From positions 34,906,001 to 34,970,000 of the forward strand of contig OZ231126.1 of the NCBI GenBank assembly GCA_965153355.1: a stretch of DNA of 64,000 nucleotides, in the 5' to 3' direction. The notes below the pieces were generated by a model. That model saw only the letters and a program-made list of their open reading frames with translations. It was not told where the DNA came from and made no database searches. The stretch is from Flaccisagitta enflata (lineage: Eukaryota). Positions 28,609 to 41,544 of this stretch are shown here, piece after piece. The translations under genes and the position numbers were made by a program. Numbering within the stretch: position 1 is the first letter of the stretch; each line of letters starts with the position of its first letter.

Positions 28609-31130
28609 TATCCACTAGCCCAAAACCCTTTGAAAAAAAAAAAAAATTAAACCGTCTCCAATTTTTTGCATACTAGTCCTAAAAAAGGTGTAGATTAAGA
28701 ATATCAACTTTATTTTACCCGATTGCGAGCCGAAAAAATTAGAAGCACTTTTTTTGGCAAAAAATGGTGGTTTTTTGAGATAAATAGTATAAAGATACAT
28801 CTCTGAAGAAGTAACATGCCCTGGTATTGATAAATAATCATCTGCTGAATATTTGTGAGAAATTTCACAAAATTTTGTCGACGTTAAGATGCCTAAAATG
28901 CATTATAAAACTCCAAAAATAAAAAAATCAGCCTTGATGAAAAGATAATGTCTAAAAGAGCTCATGGGATGTTAGAAATCATAAAAATATACTTCCCCAC
29001 AAATTTTCAGGCATACCTGATAAAAATTGGACAAATTATAACCAAAAAACCAAATTACGACAATATGCAAATGAGCTTTTGAGTGAAAATTGCTAAAAAC
29101 CCACAAAATCGCTCTTTTTTCTCAAAATATGATGATTTTTGCTCTGTTAACCTACTTCGAACCTAGCATTTAATGGTCCTAGCAAGCTTTCTTTTGATGA
29201 AAAATAGAAGGAATTTTGATCATGTCATGTACATGACAGTGTTGTATACATGCCAAAAGACACTTTTTGAGTTCTTGACAAAGGAAAAATTGCTAAAAAC
29301 TCATTAAAATCGTTCTTTCTTTACAACACATGTCATTTCTACAACCTTGGGGATGATTTTAACAAAACTGCTGGTTTTATTACTGTTTTGTATAGCCTGT
29401 AGGTGCAAGAACTGGAATCCACCAGCTTTTAAATCATCCTAGGGCCGGATTTTGAGAAAAAACACTTTTTTACCATCTTGAGGTACAGGTCATTGAATTT
29501 TCCCATTTTTATCTTGTTTTGCTCATATCTTTTAAACAAAAAGAGCTGGAAATACCAGATTGGTCTCATTTTAAAGATCTGCTCAAGATCTTTCCAACCG
29601 TCACCAATTTTTTGTAAATCCGTTGAAAAATGCCTGAGATATAAGCACTCAAACATAGGGTATGTTATGAGGAATATTGATTATTTTCCTGGTCATTGAT
29701 TTTTTGTCATGATTCTACTTGTTTTGCTCATAACTCTTGAACGAATAAAGCTAGAAATGCCAGATTGGTCTCATTTTAAAGATTTTTTCAAGATCTTTCT
29801 AACCGTCACCATTTTTTCGTTAATCCGATAAAAAATGCTTGAGTTATAACTTGTCAAACATAGGTAATGTCATGAGATTCTTGGAGGATTTTCCCAACTC
29901 TTCTTCTTGCTTTGTCTATTGGTTTTGTCCATCAGTCAGTGGGTTGGTTGGTTGTTCAGTTGGTCCATCAGTTTGTAATACTTAGCTTTTTTGAAGTTTA
30001 CAGGCATTTTTTGCATCACTGCCACTGCCAAAATGTTTACTCACCTGTAAAACACAGGAGGAATTCCCATATCTCAAACCCAAAATCATCCCTTTTAGTC
30101 CTCAAATCAGTCCTTGCAGGCTTTGATTGGCCCTTTAAATCCTCAAAACAAGTCCCTCAAACTTCAATTAGCCCTCTCAGGCTTCAAATTAGTCCTAGAC
30201 TTCATGTCAGCCGCCTGTCTATCCATTTATCCTCCCCTCTCAGGCCTGAACTCCACCCTCTCAAATCTCAAAATGGCCCCCAATCCCTCCAATCAGCCCT
30301 TTCAAGCCACAAATCATTCCTCGCAGATCTTAGAACCCCTCCCAGGTCTCAAATCTTTCCTTTTAAGCAGCGCCCCAAAAGTAGGCAGGAAATTTTAAGC
30401 TAAAAACGCATAGCACCAGTGAAAGATTCGGATAAGTGAATGCAGGGCTGTCTTAACTTGCTGTGTGTAAGTGGACAATGCTTGGTTCAAAGTAAAACAT
30501 ACTGCGCCTTTGAGTTTTAAATGTGTACTATTATCATAAATTCCTCAACGATCAAGAGACCGCAGCTTGTTTTTAAATCCTCTGCCGCTGCTCCTGACGC
30601 TGCCGCTGCCATGTTCATTTGTTTTTTGTGTTTTCTGCCTTGTGCTCCTAGAGGGCCGCTAAAACAGAGAGCAAGAAGAAGGCAGAAGAACAACTTTTGC
30701 TAGTGATTTCTTTATAGATGATGACATAGGCACAGGCGCTTTATGATTTTCGATATAACAAGGTGAAATTGGTGTCTAAACCAAAAGTTAAGACAGCTTA
30801 TGGCCCCCCGATGTGCCCTGAATCCTGGGATTCTCGCCATATTGGATGCCTACCAAAAGTGCCAATGACCTATGCTTTCACATATGCAGAAACTTGTCCT
30901 TCTTCTCCTCCTCCTTCTTTGTACCCCCCCTCAGCCTCAAGGCCAAAACCCCAACCTGGAGGACATCCCAGCATAGAGGCCCATATCCCAGCCTTAAGGC
31001 CCATATTCCAGACTTGTGGCCAAAACCCCAGCCTCAAGGTCCAAATCCAAGTGTCAATGCCCAAATCCTAGCCTCCAGGCTAAATTCCTGGCCTCAAAGC
31101 CAAATCCTTGAAACTTAAATCATATCCTTG

Positions 31131-32403
31131 CCCTCACGTGCATATCTTCAGCTAGCATGTAAAAAAAAAAAAAATCTTTGAGGGTGGCAAAAAAAAAGTG
31201 ATTTCTATGTAAAATTGCATCAGGAATCCATTTTTGATGTTTTTAGGGCCCTACGAGGGGGCCCCTAGAAACGCACCAAAAAAACCAGCCAAAAATAGCC
31301 TATTTTGGCTATTTTTGTTGAAATTTTTTTGCTTAATGAGACCCCAACCCCCAAATTTTTTTGGTGGTAATACTTCTTGATGTAAGAGACTGAAAAAAAA
31401 ATGATCATGATGGTAAGTGATGGTTTGGGTACCTAAAAAGGCCCAAAAAGGGCCCGTAAAACATAGAAATATCACATTTTTATTCATTGCGCGTCTAAAA
31501 ATGCTTGGATTCCTACAAAATTTGAAATGGAACTTCTCATTTTATGCAACAAGCTTCCTAAGTTTTATGGCCACTTTTGAACAGCTTCATGTTGAAATTA
31601 TGCTAAAAAAAACAACCCGACCCAAAAAAAAAACCAATTCTTGAGTTTTCTTACATGAAAACACTATTTCAAGGTCCCTGAATCCAATTTTTTTTGAAAA
31701 TGGTTAGTCATGCATCTTGGGAGATCCCAGAAAAAATTTCAGCAGATATTTCCAAAAAATGGCCGAGTTATTACGGTTAATGACCTGGTAAATGAAAAAA
31801 ACACAATTTTGTAACTTCAAGGCTGTAGTACTAAAGAATCATACTAAAAGTACCTGGAAAATAGACATATTAAAAAGAAAATGCATGGGGAATCCATTAC
31901 TGGTGGTTTGGGGGCTCTATAAGGGGGCCCCTGGAAACAACCCCCCAAAAAAAGCTAAAAATGACCTATTTTGGCTCTTTTTTGTAAAAATTTCTTGTTC
32001 AAAGAGACCCAATCCTTCCCAATTTTTTTGGGCTATACTTCTGGATGTAAGAGACTGATGGAAAGAGAATCATGATGGTAGAGATGGTTAGCATTTGGTA
32101 GGCCCAAAAGGGCCCGTAAACATAAAGATATCATTTTTTTATTCACTGCACGTCCGAAAATGCTTGATTCCTAAAAAATTTGAAATGGAAATTCTCATTT
32201 CATGTAAATAGCTTCCTGCAAAATTTTTTGGTCACTTTTGAACAGCTTCATGGTAAAATTATGCTCAAACAAAATTCGCCCCAAAAAGGGCCCCTAAAAC
32301 CATTACTCTTGGGTCTGACATAGTGGGTTACAACTATACAGACACAAAGGAATCTCATAACAGGGGAGGGATGAAAATGGAAAGATGGCAGTGAGTAACA
32401 AGG

Positions 32404-32453
<50 letters not shown>

Positions 32454-32468
32454 GGAGGAGGAGGAGGA

Positions 32469-32504
<36 letters not shown>

Positions 32505-34365
32505 GAGGGAGAGAGAGAAAGAGAGAAAGAGAGAAAGAGAAAGAGAGACAGAAGACTTTTTACCAAATATAAAAACAGGCTATTTGGCTTAGGCCCTTAT
32601 AGGAACCTTAAACCATCTGAAATAGATTCACTATGCATTTTTAAATACATTTAACTTTTTTCCAGTTACTCTTTGTAGAATTTTTCATGCAAACAGCCTC
32701 TTTACTTTTTTCATTAACCAGGTCATTTTAAACAGTACTAGCATGTTCTAAAAATATCTGCTTAAATTTTTTCTGGGACCTTTTAAGATACATGAGAAAC
32801 CATTTAGAAAAAACAAGGCCAACACCTATAAGTCGCGTGCGAGACATAGATAACTTATGATGACTCAAATTGACTTAAAATGACTTAAGATGACTGAAAA
32901 TAACTTAAAAAGACATAAAATGATGATAAATGACTTATACGACTAAATTGACCAAATTGACATGTTTACTTGATATAATGTAAAATGACTCAAAATGACT
33001 TACAATGACTTACAATAACTTAGAATGACTTAGAATGACTAAAAATGGCCTAAAATGACTAAGAATAACTAAAAGTAATAAAAAGAATAATGTTTGACCA
33101 ACAGACTGGACGGACAGACAGAGAGGGACGGACAAAGCGGGTTGTAGAGTCACGGCGCGTGGCAAAACTGGATTCCATGACCTTGAAATAAGTGTCTACA
33201 TGTGAGAAAACTAAAAATTGGCTTATTTTGGGGCGAATTTTGTTTTGAGTACACTTACCTATGAATCTGTTCAAAAGCTTTACATAAAATGAGAATCTCC
33301 ATTTCAAATTTTTTTAATCCAAGCATTTTTGGATGCGTGAATAAAAAAATGATATCTTTATGTTTTACCCCTTTCGGGCCTTTTAGGTACCCAACCATCA
33401 TCTACCATCATGATTCTCTTTCCATCAGTCTCTTACATCAAGAAGTATAGCCCAAACAAATTTGGAAGGATTGGGTCTCTTTAAATAAGACACTTTCAAA
33501 AATAGCCAAAATAGGCCATTTTTAGCTTTTTTTTGGGGTGTGTTTCCAGGGGCCCCCTTGTAGAGCCCCCAAACCACCAGTAATGAATTCCCCATGCATT
33601 TTCTTTTTAATTTGTCTATTTTCCAGGTACTTTTAGTATAATTTTTCAGTTCTACAGCCTTGAAGTTACAAAATTTTTTTCATTTACCAGGTCATTTTGA
33701 ACCGTAATAACTCGGCCATTTTTGGGAAATATCTGCTGAAATTTTTTCTGGGATCTCTCAAGATGCATGACTAACCATTTTCAAAAAAAAAAAATTGGAT
33801 TTAGGGACCTTGAAATAGTGTTTTCATGTAAGAATACTCAAAAATTGGTTTTTTTTTGGCCGAATTTTGTTTTTTGGAGCATAATTTCAACATGAAGCTG
33901 TTCAATAGTGGCCACAAAACTTTGCAGGAAGATTGTTGCATAAAATGAGAAGTTCCATTTCAAATTTTGTAGAAATCCAAGCATTTTTAGACGCGCAATG
34001 AATAAAAAAGTGATATTTCTATGTTTTACGGGCCCTTTTTGAGCCTTTTTAGGTACCCCAACCATCACTTACCATCATGATCATTTTTTTTTCAGTCTCT
34101 TACATCAAGAAGTATTACCACCAAAAAAATTTGGGGGTTGGGGTCTCATAAAGCAAAAAATTTTCAACAAAAATAGCCAAAATAGGCTATTTTTGGCTGT
34201 TTTTTTTGGTGCGTTTCTAGGGGCCCCCTCGTAGGGCCCTAAAAACATCAAAAATGGAATCCTGATGCAATTTTACACAGAAATCACTTTTTTTTTGCCA
34301 CCCTCAACGATTTTTTTTTTTCTTACAAGAAATAACGCAGCTAGCTGAAGATATGCACGTGAGGG
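31131..34365. mobile_element. Foldback-type element with ~1.2-kb inverted arms
   Basis: Ends CCCTCACGTGCATATCTTCAGCTAGC / GCTAGCTGAAGATATGCACGTGAGGG; CTTG on both flanks (31127-31130, 34366-34369); arms are internally duplicated; the centre holds (GA)n and a HINE-like copy. Confidence 0.85.
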
Positions 34366-34750
34366 CTTGAGGCCCAAATCCCAGCTTCAAGGTAAAAAAT
34401 CCCAGCCTCAAAGCCTCAAAGGTCAAAGCCCTAAGGCCTAAATCCCAGTCCCCATTCTCACCTCAAAGCCCAAATCCTAAGCTAGCGGCCCATATCTTAA
34501 CCCCTCAACCCATCATTCACCTTTTACAACCACACTTACTGAAGAAGTACAAGTTATTGGCCCCTCTCACCACCTCACAACCACATACACTCACATAGGG
34601 AAAACGAATGCTGCTGACCAGCTAACTCTTTGGCAACTATTAGGTATCAAATCTGCTTATTCAGACTACAGGTTAAACAATAGACATCCAAGGCCCCAAA
34701 TTCACCCATTTCAACCTTTGATCAAATATCTACAGGACCACCCCTACTAC

Positions 34751-35320
34751 CACGCGTATCAATAAAAAAGACACCCTTTTGAACAGCATATTGTGACAAC
34801 AAATTTCAGTAAATTTTAGACCATTGGAAAGCTCTTCCAAAATACTTTCATTTGGTTTCAATCTGGTATTTCTATCTTTTTTCGTCTAGAAATGGCATTA
34901 ATTTGAATGAAAACTGGGCGTTTTCATTTTCACAATCCCTATGTATCAAGTGCATTTCAGCAAAATAAAGCTTCTCTTTGGAAGGCTCTAGCTCCTAAAC
35001 CGTTTGAGTTACAGACCTGGGATTGGTCTAGATTGAAAGATTTTTTTTAAATCTTTGGAAATATTTCTTTTTAAAAAACGTTGTATTCATTTTTAGTTGC
35101 GGACACGCAACTCTATAAGAGGCTTTGTCCGTCCGTCCGTCCGTCCGTCCGTCCGACCGTCCGTCCGTCCGTCGATCCATCCGTCCGTCGGTCCGTCCGT
35201 CCGTAACCATCGAGTCGAAAAGTGGGAAAATGCGCATTTCCGCCCCTGCCCACCCGTCCGCAACTGGTGGCCATGTATCGGGCCTTGTTTGTATATGTTT
35301 TTTTTTTTTTATACGCGTGG
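34751..35320. mobile_element. TA-flanked MITE interrupted by a HINE
   Basis: TA|CCACGCGTAT ... ATACGCGTGG|TA; internal sequence shared with about 45915-46342. Confidence 0.65.
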
Positions 35321-37692
35321 TATGACAAGTAGAACAATATCCCTCACTATACCCAAATTGAAAAAAAGATCCTGTAGATAATAGAAATCTTTAAGCCTTG
35401 GATGTCTAAATAAAGGTCTGAACAGGTGGATTTGAGTCCTGGAAGATTTAAAGTCTATGAAGGCATATTTTATGCATGAAAGTGTGAAAGCCCTCCAAGC
35501 CTTTATTCAGCCCTTTCAGACCAAATCTGTCCTTTCAGGCATCAAATCTGCACTCACAGACTGCAAATCAAACCTTCCAGGCCTCGAATCCACCTGTTCA
35601 GACCTATCATCGGACATCCAAGGCTTCAGATTCTAATGTTCTACAGGATTTTTTTGGTAGATGCCCTAAGAAAGGCAAAGTCCTGACATTCGGAACTTCT
35701 GATTTCACCGTCTTTCTCTAGTCTTATTTTCTATTCAAAACATTCTCTGTTATGGATAAGATGAAAGCCATTATCTTAAACATTAACAAGGGATGTAAGA
35801 TAGAAGATTGAAGTTGTTATCTTTCAGGGGAATTCATTTGAATTTCTTTTGACTCTTAACTTGATAGAAATAGATTTTAAAAAGAATTTCAAACTTCATG
35901 GAATATGCCTTTTTTAGTCTTTCCCAGCAGCACGAGTTGTTATTCATGAGATGTTTGATTTAAGGATTTTAGGCCTTTGAAGTTGAAATTGGGAGGGCCT
36001 AGAAAAAGATTAAATGGAGGGGTTCTAATTCTGAGAGGGCTGATATGTGGCTTGAGAGGGCTGATTTGAGGCATGACAGGGCTGATTGGGGGGCTGAGGG
36101 GGTCATTTTGAGACTTGAGAGGGTAGAGTTCAGACCTACGAGGGGAGGATGAGTGGATAGACAGAGGGCTGACATGAGGCCTAGGACTAATTTGAAGCCT
36201 GCGATGGCTAATTTGAGGTTTGAGGGAGTTGTTTTGAGCATTTAAAGGGCCAATCAAGGCCTGGAAGCACTGATTTGAGGACTGAGAGGGATGATTTCAG
36301 GTTTGAGATATGGGAATTCCTTCTGTGTTCTACAGGTGAGGAAACATTTGGGCTGTGGCAGTGATGCAAAAAATGCCTGTAAACTTCAAAAAAGCTAATT
36401 GTTACAAACTGCTGGACCAACTGAACAACCAACCAACCCACTGACTGATGGACCAACCAATAGACAAAGCAAGAAGAAGAGTTAGGAAAATCCTCCAAGA
36501 TTCCCATGACATTACCTATGATTGACAAGTCATAACTCAAGCATTTTTTATCGGATTTACAAAAAATTGGTGATGGTTAGAAAGATCTTGAAAAAATCTT
36601 TAAGCTGAGACCAATCTGGCATTTCTAGCTTTATTCGTTCAAAAGTTATGAGCAAAACAAGTAGAATTATGACAAAAAATCAATGACCAGGAAGATAGTC
36701 AATATTCCTCATAACATACCCTATGTTTGAGTGCTTATATCTCAGACATTTTTCAACGGATTTACAAAAAATTGGTGACGGTTGTAAAGATCTTGAGCAG
36801 ATCTTTAAAATGGGACCAATCTGGCATTTCTAGCTCTTTTTGTTCAAAAACAAGATAAAAATGGGAAAATTCAATGACCTGTACCTCAGGATGGTAAAAA
36901 AGTGTTTTTTCTCAAAATCCGGCCCTAGGATGATTTAAAAGCTGGTGGATTCCATTTCTTGCACCTCCAGGCTATACAAAACAATAATAAAACCAGCAGT
37001 TTTGTTAAAATCATCCCCAAGGTAGTAGAAATGACATGTGACAAATCATGATTGTTTTTAATTGTGCAATGTATTCCAAGCTTAAAGAGCATTAATTTGT
37101 TTAAGAATAGAATAAAATTTCTCAATTTAATGTTTATAGCAGTGATATTTAGATAGCCTACAGACATTAACCTGGATTGAAAACCTATTGAATGAGATAA
37201 TTGAATGTTTATACATCTAACATGAGTGAATGTAGCTAATACAATCTTTATTTATCTCAGTACATGCAAATATCAAGGTCATGGTGAAAAGCATGAATCT
37301 TTTGTTTGCTTGTTAGTCCAATGCTTGCAAGACACAATTTGGAGGGAAGTAGTTTAATTGTTCATTGCATTGTTTTATTATAATATTTTTTGCAAAGACA
37401 GTTAAATAACAAATACTTAAGATTGGAAAAAACTGGGATGAAGAAATAACTAAGACAATACTTGATGCTTAAGTCATTTGATTTTTTAACTGTAGCAATC
37501 TAGAAAAGCTGAGGCGTGTATGGATGTTAGTAGCAAATGTACATAACTGAATACATTGAAAACAGAACCCCCTCATCTATGGGGCAAGCATGGTCACATG
37601 ATGATGCTCGGGGGTTGAGAGAGATTCAACCAATGAGAGAACAGGGGGGAGAGAGAAGCAGAGAGAGAGAGACCGGGAGAGAGAGAGAGACC

Positions 37693-37731
<39 letters not shown>

Positions 37732-37823
37732 AGATATCTATTGACCGCGTGGATGATAACTAATTCTAATACAAACATTGATATCTAAAATCCCCCTGTA
37801 AAATTTGTTATCTATCCCCCAAA

Positions 37824-38360
37824 TCACCTGTTCAACATCCCCCCATCAACACCATTGAAAACATTGACACTGGAACCATTACGATTGCAACACTTTGAGA
37901 GGCAAAGATAGCAGATAACGCACTTGACAGTAATCCCAATGAATGATACAATGACGCAAGTGGCGACAAATGGATTTTTTAAGTAGCTAAGTGGAGAAAC
38001 GCCATTTTGAAAATTTGTGACATTTTTGAAAACTTTGGGATTTGGAATAAAAGGCAGAGAAAAATTTTTGGGCGTCATAGATTCAAACTTGATCGGTCTT
38101 GCACGTGCGGTTTTAATGTCAATCACCGGGGATTTTGGATAAAGGTTTAAGGTTTCTGACCCCATTTTAAACCCAAGGTTTTGCCTTTTTTGTATATACG
38201 AACATTTGTTTCCATGTAAACTGAGCAAAACCTTCCCATTATCCAGGTTTACAATTTGTCCATCCTCTTGCGATTGAATCAAAGCACCTGCCTTTCCATA
38301 AGAAACAAAAAATTTCGAGGGGTCACTTTTTGCAAAGCAAGTTCCAGTTTTACAGAGCAA
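37824..38360 (-). pseudogene. 5'-truncated fragment of a putative viral/retroelement envelope (F-type fusion) glycoprotein
   Basis: Stop-free 178-codon frame in non-repetitive DNA, no ATG start; N-glycosylation sequons (NFS, NVT), hydrophobic segment PFVATCVIVSFIGITVKCVICYLCL and a short Cys-rich tail; motif order resembles the pneumovirus/paramyxovirus F C-terminal ectodomain (visual comparison only). Confidence 0.45.
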
Positions 38361-40612
38361 AAATGTTTTTAGTTATGAAATTTCTTTGTATGTCAAGAAC
38401 TCAGAAAGTGATCTTCAGCTCGTATACAACACTCATGTACATAACATGATCAAAATTTCCTTTTAATAACAGAAAGCTTGCTATGTTTTGAAGTAGGTTA
38501 ACAGAGCAAAAACCATCATATTTTGGCAAGAAACAGCGATTTTTTGGGTTTTTAGCAATTTTCGCCCAAAAGCTCATTTGCATATTGTCGTAACTTGGTT
38601 TTTTGGTTGTAATTCATCCAGTATTCATCAGGTATGCCTGAAAATTTGTGGGGAAGTATATTTTTATGATTTCTAACATCCCATGAGCTCTTTTAGACAT
38701 TATTTTTTCATCAAAGCTGATTTTTTTTATTTTTGGAGTTTTATAATGCATTTTAGGCATCTTTACGTTGACGAAATTTCGTGAAATTTCTCACAAACAT
38801 TCAGCAGATAATTATTTTTCAATACCAGGGCATGTTACTTCTTCAGAGATATATCTTTATGCTATTTATCTCAAAAAAACCACCATTTTTTGCTAAAAAA
38901 AAGTGCTTCTAATTTTTGCGGCTCGCAATCGGGTAAAATAAAGTTGATATTCTTAATCTACACCTTTTTTAGGACTAGTGTGAAAAATTTGGAGACGGTT
39001 TAATTTTTTTTTTTCAGAACTCTTAAAATTGAGCTTTTGGGCTAGCGGATATTAGACCGATGTGGGGACAACTGATTGGCTCAGATATGGCTGAATAATG
39101 GTTAAAAGTGATATCCACATATACTGCAGGGCGCGGAACTCTATGAGAGAGCTTATGAGTTTCAAAAAAATTGTGGCAGAACAATCATTTGTAGTCATAT
39201 TACATTACACAAAAACTGGTGTATGAAATGGTCTCCCTGTTAGTGCCCCATGCTCAGGTCTTTGATCTTCCCTATGATGCATTTCATTAGGCAGTTGCAC
39301 ATATGCAATTTTTTGGCAATCATACAAATCAAAACACATACTTTTTATCTTAGCTCATCCAAATTGTCTGCTTGATCATTAGATCTCCTATTCAAGAATC
39401 TTACTCAGTTGCCTTTGGCATCAAATCTTTTTTTATGTACTCTATTGTTTTATGCAATTTTTTTCTGAATGATGGTTGATGTGATAACAGATATATACAT
39501 GAACTGAAAAACCTATCTGAACTTTTTTCTTTCATCTTCATTCAATTGATGGGGTTTTGATCAATTCAAATTACAGAACAGTTAGAAAAACACAGTACTA
39601 ATTGAAATGCTCAAGAATCATACTGTAATTGTGTAATATTGACTATTTTTTTTCTAGGTTAAAGAAGCTACTTTTTTAAAATGAAAAAAATGTATTCTTT
39701 GCATTTAAATGCATGAAATAGTACATGAAAACTTTAGGAAGTAATGTATTTTTACTTAAAAACCAATATTTTCACTCAAAAAGGCTATAAAATTACTGAA
39801 GATATTGGCACAGCCCCCAAATTGGTACAAACCCTAATATTTTGAGTCTACTGAGCCAAAAATAGGGTAGCAAGCTCATTTCGTTACGGTGACCCCTTCT
39901 CGTACTCCCTAAACTATATACAGGCCTGATTAACTAGGTTTAAAGCCCATTCAAGTCGTTATATCGCCATTTTCTGATAGGAGACAGTTCCACTTTTTCC
40001 ATTTTTAGTTGCGGACACGCAACTCTATAAGAGGCTTTGTCCGTCGGTCCGTCGGTCGGTCCGTCGGTCCATCCGTAACCATCGAGTCAAAAAGTGGGAA
40101 AATGCGTATTTCCGCTCCTGCCCACCCGTCCGCAACTGACGGCTGTGTATCCGGCCTTGTTACTGATTTGCTTAATGCACAATTTTGTCAGTTTCAGGGG
40201 CTGCCCCTGTCCATTTCTTGGTCCCCTTTTCCTTAAAATCATTAAAAGAATAAGTCTTTAACCATCGAAGACAAATTGCTTGAGTATAGGCCACGTAAAA
40301 CAGCCGTAAAGACGTGCCATCTTCATGTAGAAATATTGTGGAGAAAATCAGTTAAAATCCGATTTGCCATTTCTGACTTATTACAGTAGATGTCGTCTAG
40401 ACTTGGAAATATGGGGGAGCTCATAACCTGAGCATCAGTATAATGAGGGGACTGATATTTTGCTGGTGTTATGTATAGACCTTAAGGGGTTGACGATGGG
40501 GTATGGCATCCCCCTACGGCTTACCTTATAAAAAAAACTTTTAGTATAAAACATTAAGATTAATCATTTTTATAGCAGAATTTCAGCTACATCTATTTGC
40601 TTTAATTGCAAA

Positions 40613-40710
40613 ACCAGCTTGGGATTCAAACCTGGAACCTTCAAAGAAATAAACTGATCATAATAAATCTGAAGTCAAGTGAATAAACCACTAGACCAAT
40701 TCTAACAGCT
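40613..40710 (-). pseudogene. tRNA-like relic at the centre of the 40384-42416 MITE
   Basis: Minus strand reads TTGGTCTAGTGG (A box)...CTTGACTTCAGA...spacer...CCAGGTTTGAATCCCAAGCTGG (B box-like). Confidence 0.5.
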
Positions 40711-40780
40711 GTCCCAGTGAAGCTAATATGATTTAGTATATTCAAAAAAATTTTCTATCCACAGAGCTGCCATACCCCAT

Positions 40781-41541
40781 TTGGGTTCTTCACATAGCAA
40801 AAGTTGGGAGTATCCCTTCACCCTATTTAGGTAATGTAGAGGAGCAAAAATCATGAAGATGACCATTTTCCTTTTTTTAAAATTCCTTCATCTTCTGTTT
40901 TTGTTTTGGCCTTAAAGTTTCCACTGATTTCCTAGAATTCAGCAAAATCCTGTTTACTTTTGTTACAAAAAGAATAATTATTTGTTTTAAAAATCATGAT
41001 GTATGAAAAAATAAACTAAAATATCAGATTATAAGTTATTAAAAAGCAAATGAAAAGGCTGAATTGCAATTCTATAAAGATTAAAAAATTATGAAAGCTG
41101 ATTCAAACAATGTCAGCATATTGTTTTATCCCACTGCATTATGCAAATTAGGTCCTCAAAAGCAATTTTTTAAAAAACAGTAGATGAATGATTTTTGATA
41201 AAATAAAAATGTAAAGGGTCTTAAAATTGGTCACTCTATATTAGGTAAAAAGGGCAAAAAGAAATAACCGACTTTTGCTATGCCACCTTGATCTGGGGGC
41301 TGAGAAAAACCCGAGATGAATCTAGCGTGTTTCAATAGCTTAATTTACATGAAAAGCATACTTCTAGTTAACCCAGTGAGATGAAATTTTAACTGAAGCT
41401 CTGCTAAACCATCGGCTTTCTTCATGTAAAATTTCATCCCACTGGGGAAATTAGATGTATGCTTTTTATGTAATTTAAGCTATTGAGATTCATCTCGGGT
41501 TTTTCTAAGCCCCCAGATCAAGGTGTATGCGAAGCACCCAA
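40781..41541. mobile_element. TTGGGTGCTTCAC-TIR MITE, third copy
   Basis: TTGGGTTCTTCACATAGCAAAAGT...GAAGCACCCAA; left TSD ATACCCCAT; right TSD split by a later TA insertion (ATA|...|TACCCCAC). Confidence 0.75.
41284..41525. mobile_element. 242-bp palindromic MITE, CAC termini, 5-bp TSD (Transib-like)
   Basis: CACCTTGATCTGGGGGCT / AGCCCCCAGATCAAGGTG; TSD TATGC at 41279-41283 and 41526-41530. Confidence 0.8.
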
Positions 41542-41544
41542 ATA

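Larger units (their letters stand above)
28599..39061. repeat. Long inverted duplication: arms about 28599-30345 and 36005-39061
   Basis: Colinear reverse-complement match along ~1.7 kb (e.g. TCGGTCTAATATCC..CTAGCCCAAAA vs TTTTGGGCTAG..GGATATTAGACCGA); the right arm has an extra ~1.35 kb (about 37039-38390). Confidence 0.9.
26299..39912 (+). mobile_element. 13.6-kb composite TIR DNA transposon (hAT-related, possibly hATw-like)
   Basis: Termini TAAGGGAGTACAAGA / TCTCGTACTCCCTAA; flanking direct repeat (A)ACTATAT at 26291-26298 and 39912-39919; removing it restores the right TIR (TGCAACTATATACAGGCCTG) of a small MITE starting at 25992. Confidence 0.75.

Noticed and set aside
25992-39928. 8-bp TSD for the host MITE around the 13.6-kb element
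   Set aside because: Left flank AAACTAGG versus right ATTAACTAGG is offset by 2 bases and imperfect, so no TSD is claimed.
40613-40710. Functional tRNA-Sec or opal suppressor (TCA at the anticodon position)
   Set aside because: Stems are degenerate, it does not resemble tRNA-Sec, and it lies inside a MITE; kept only as a tRNA-like relic.
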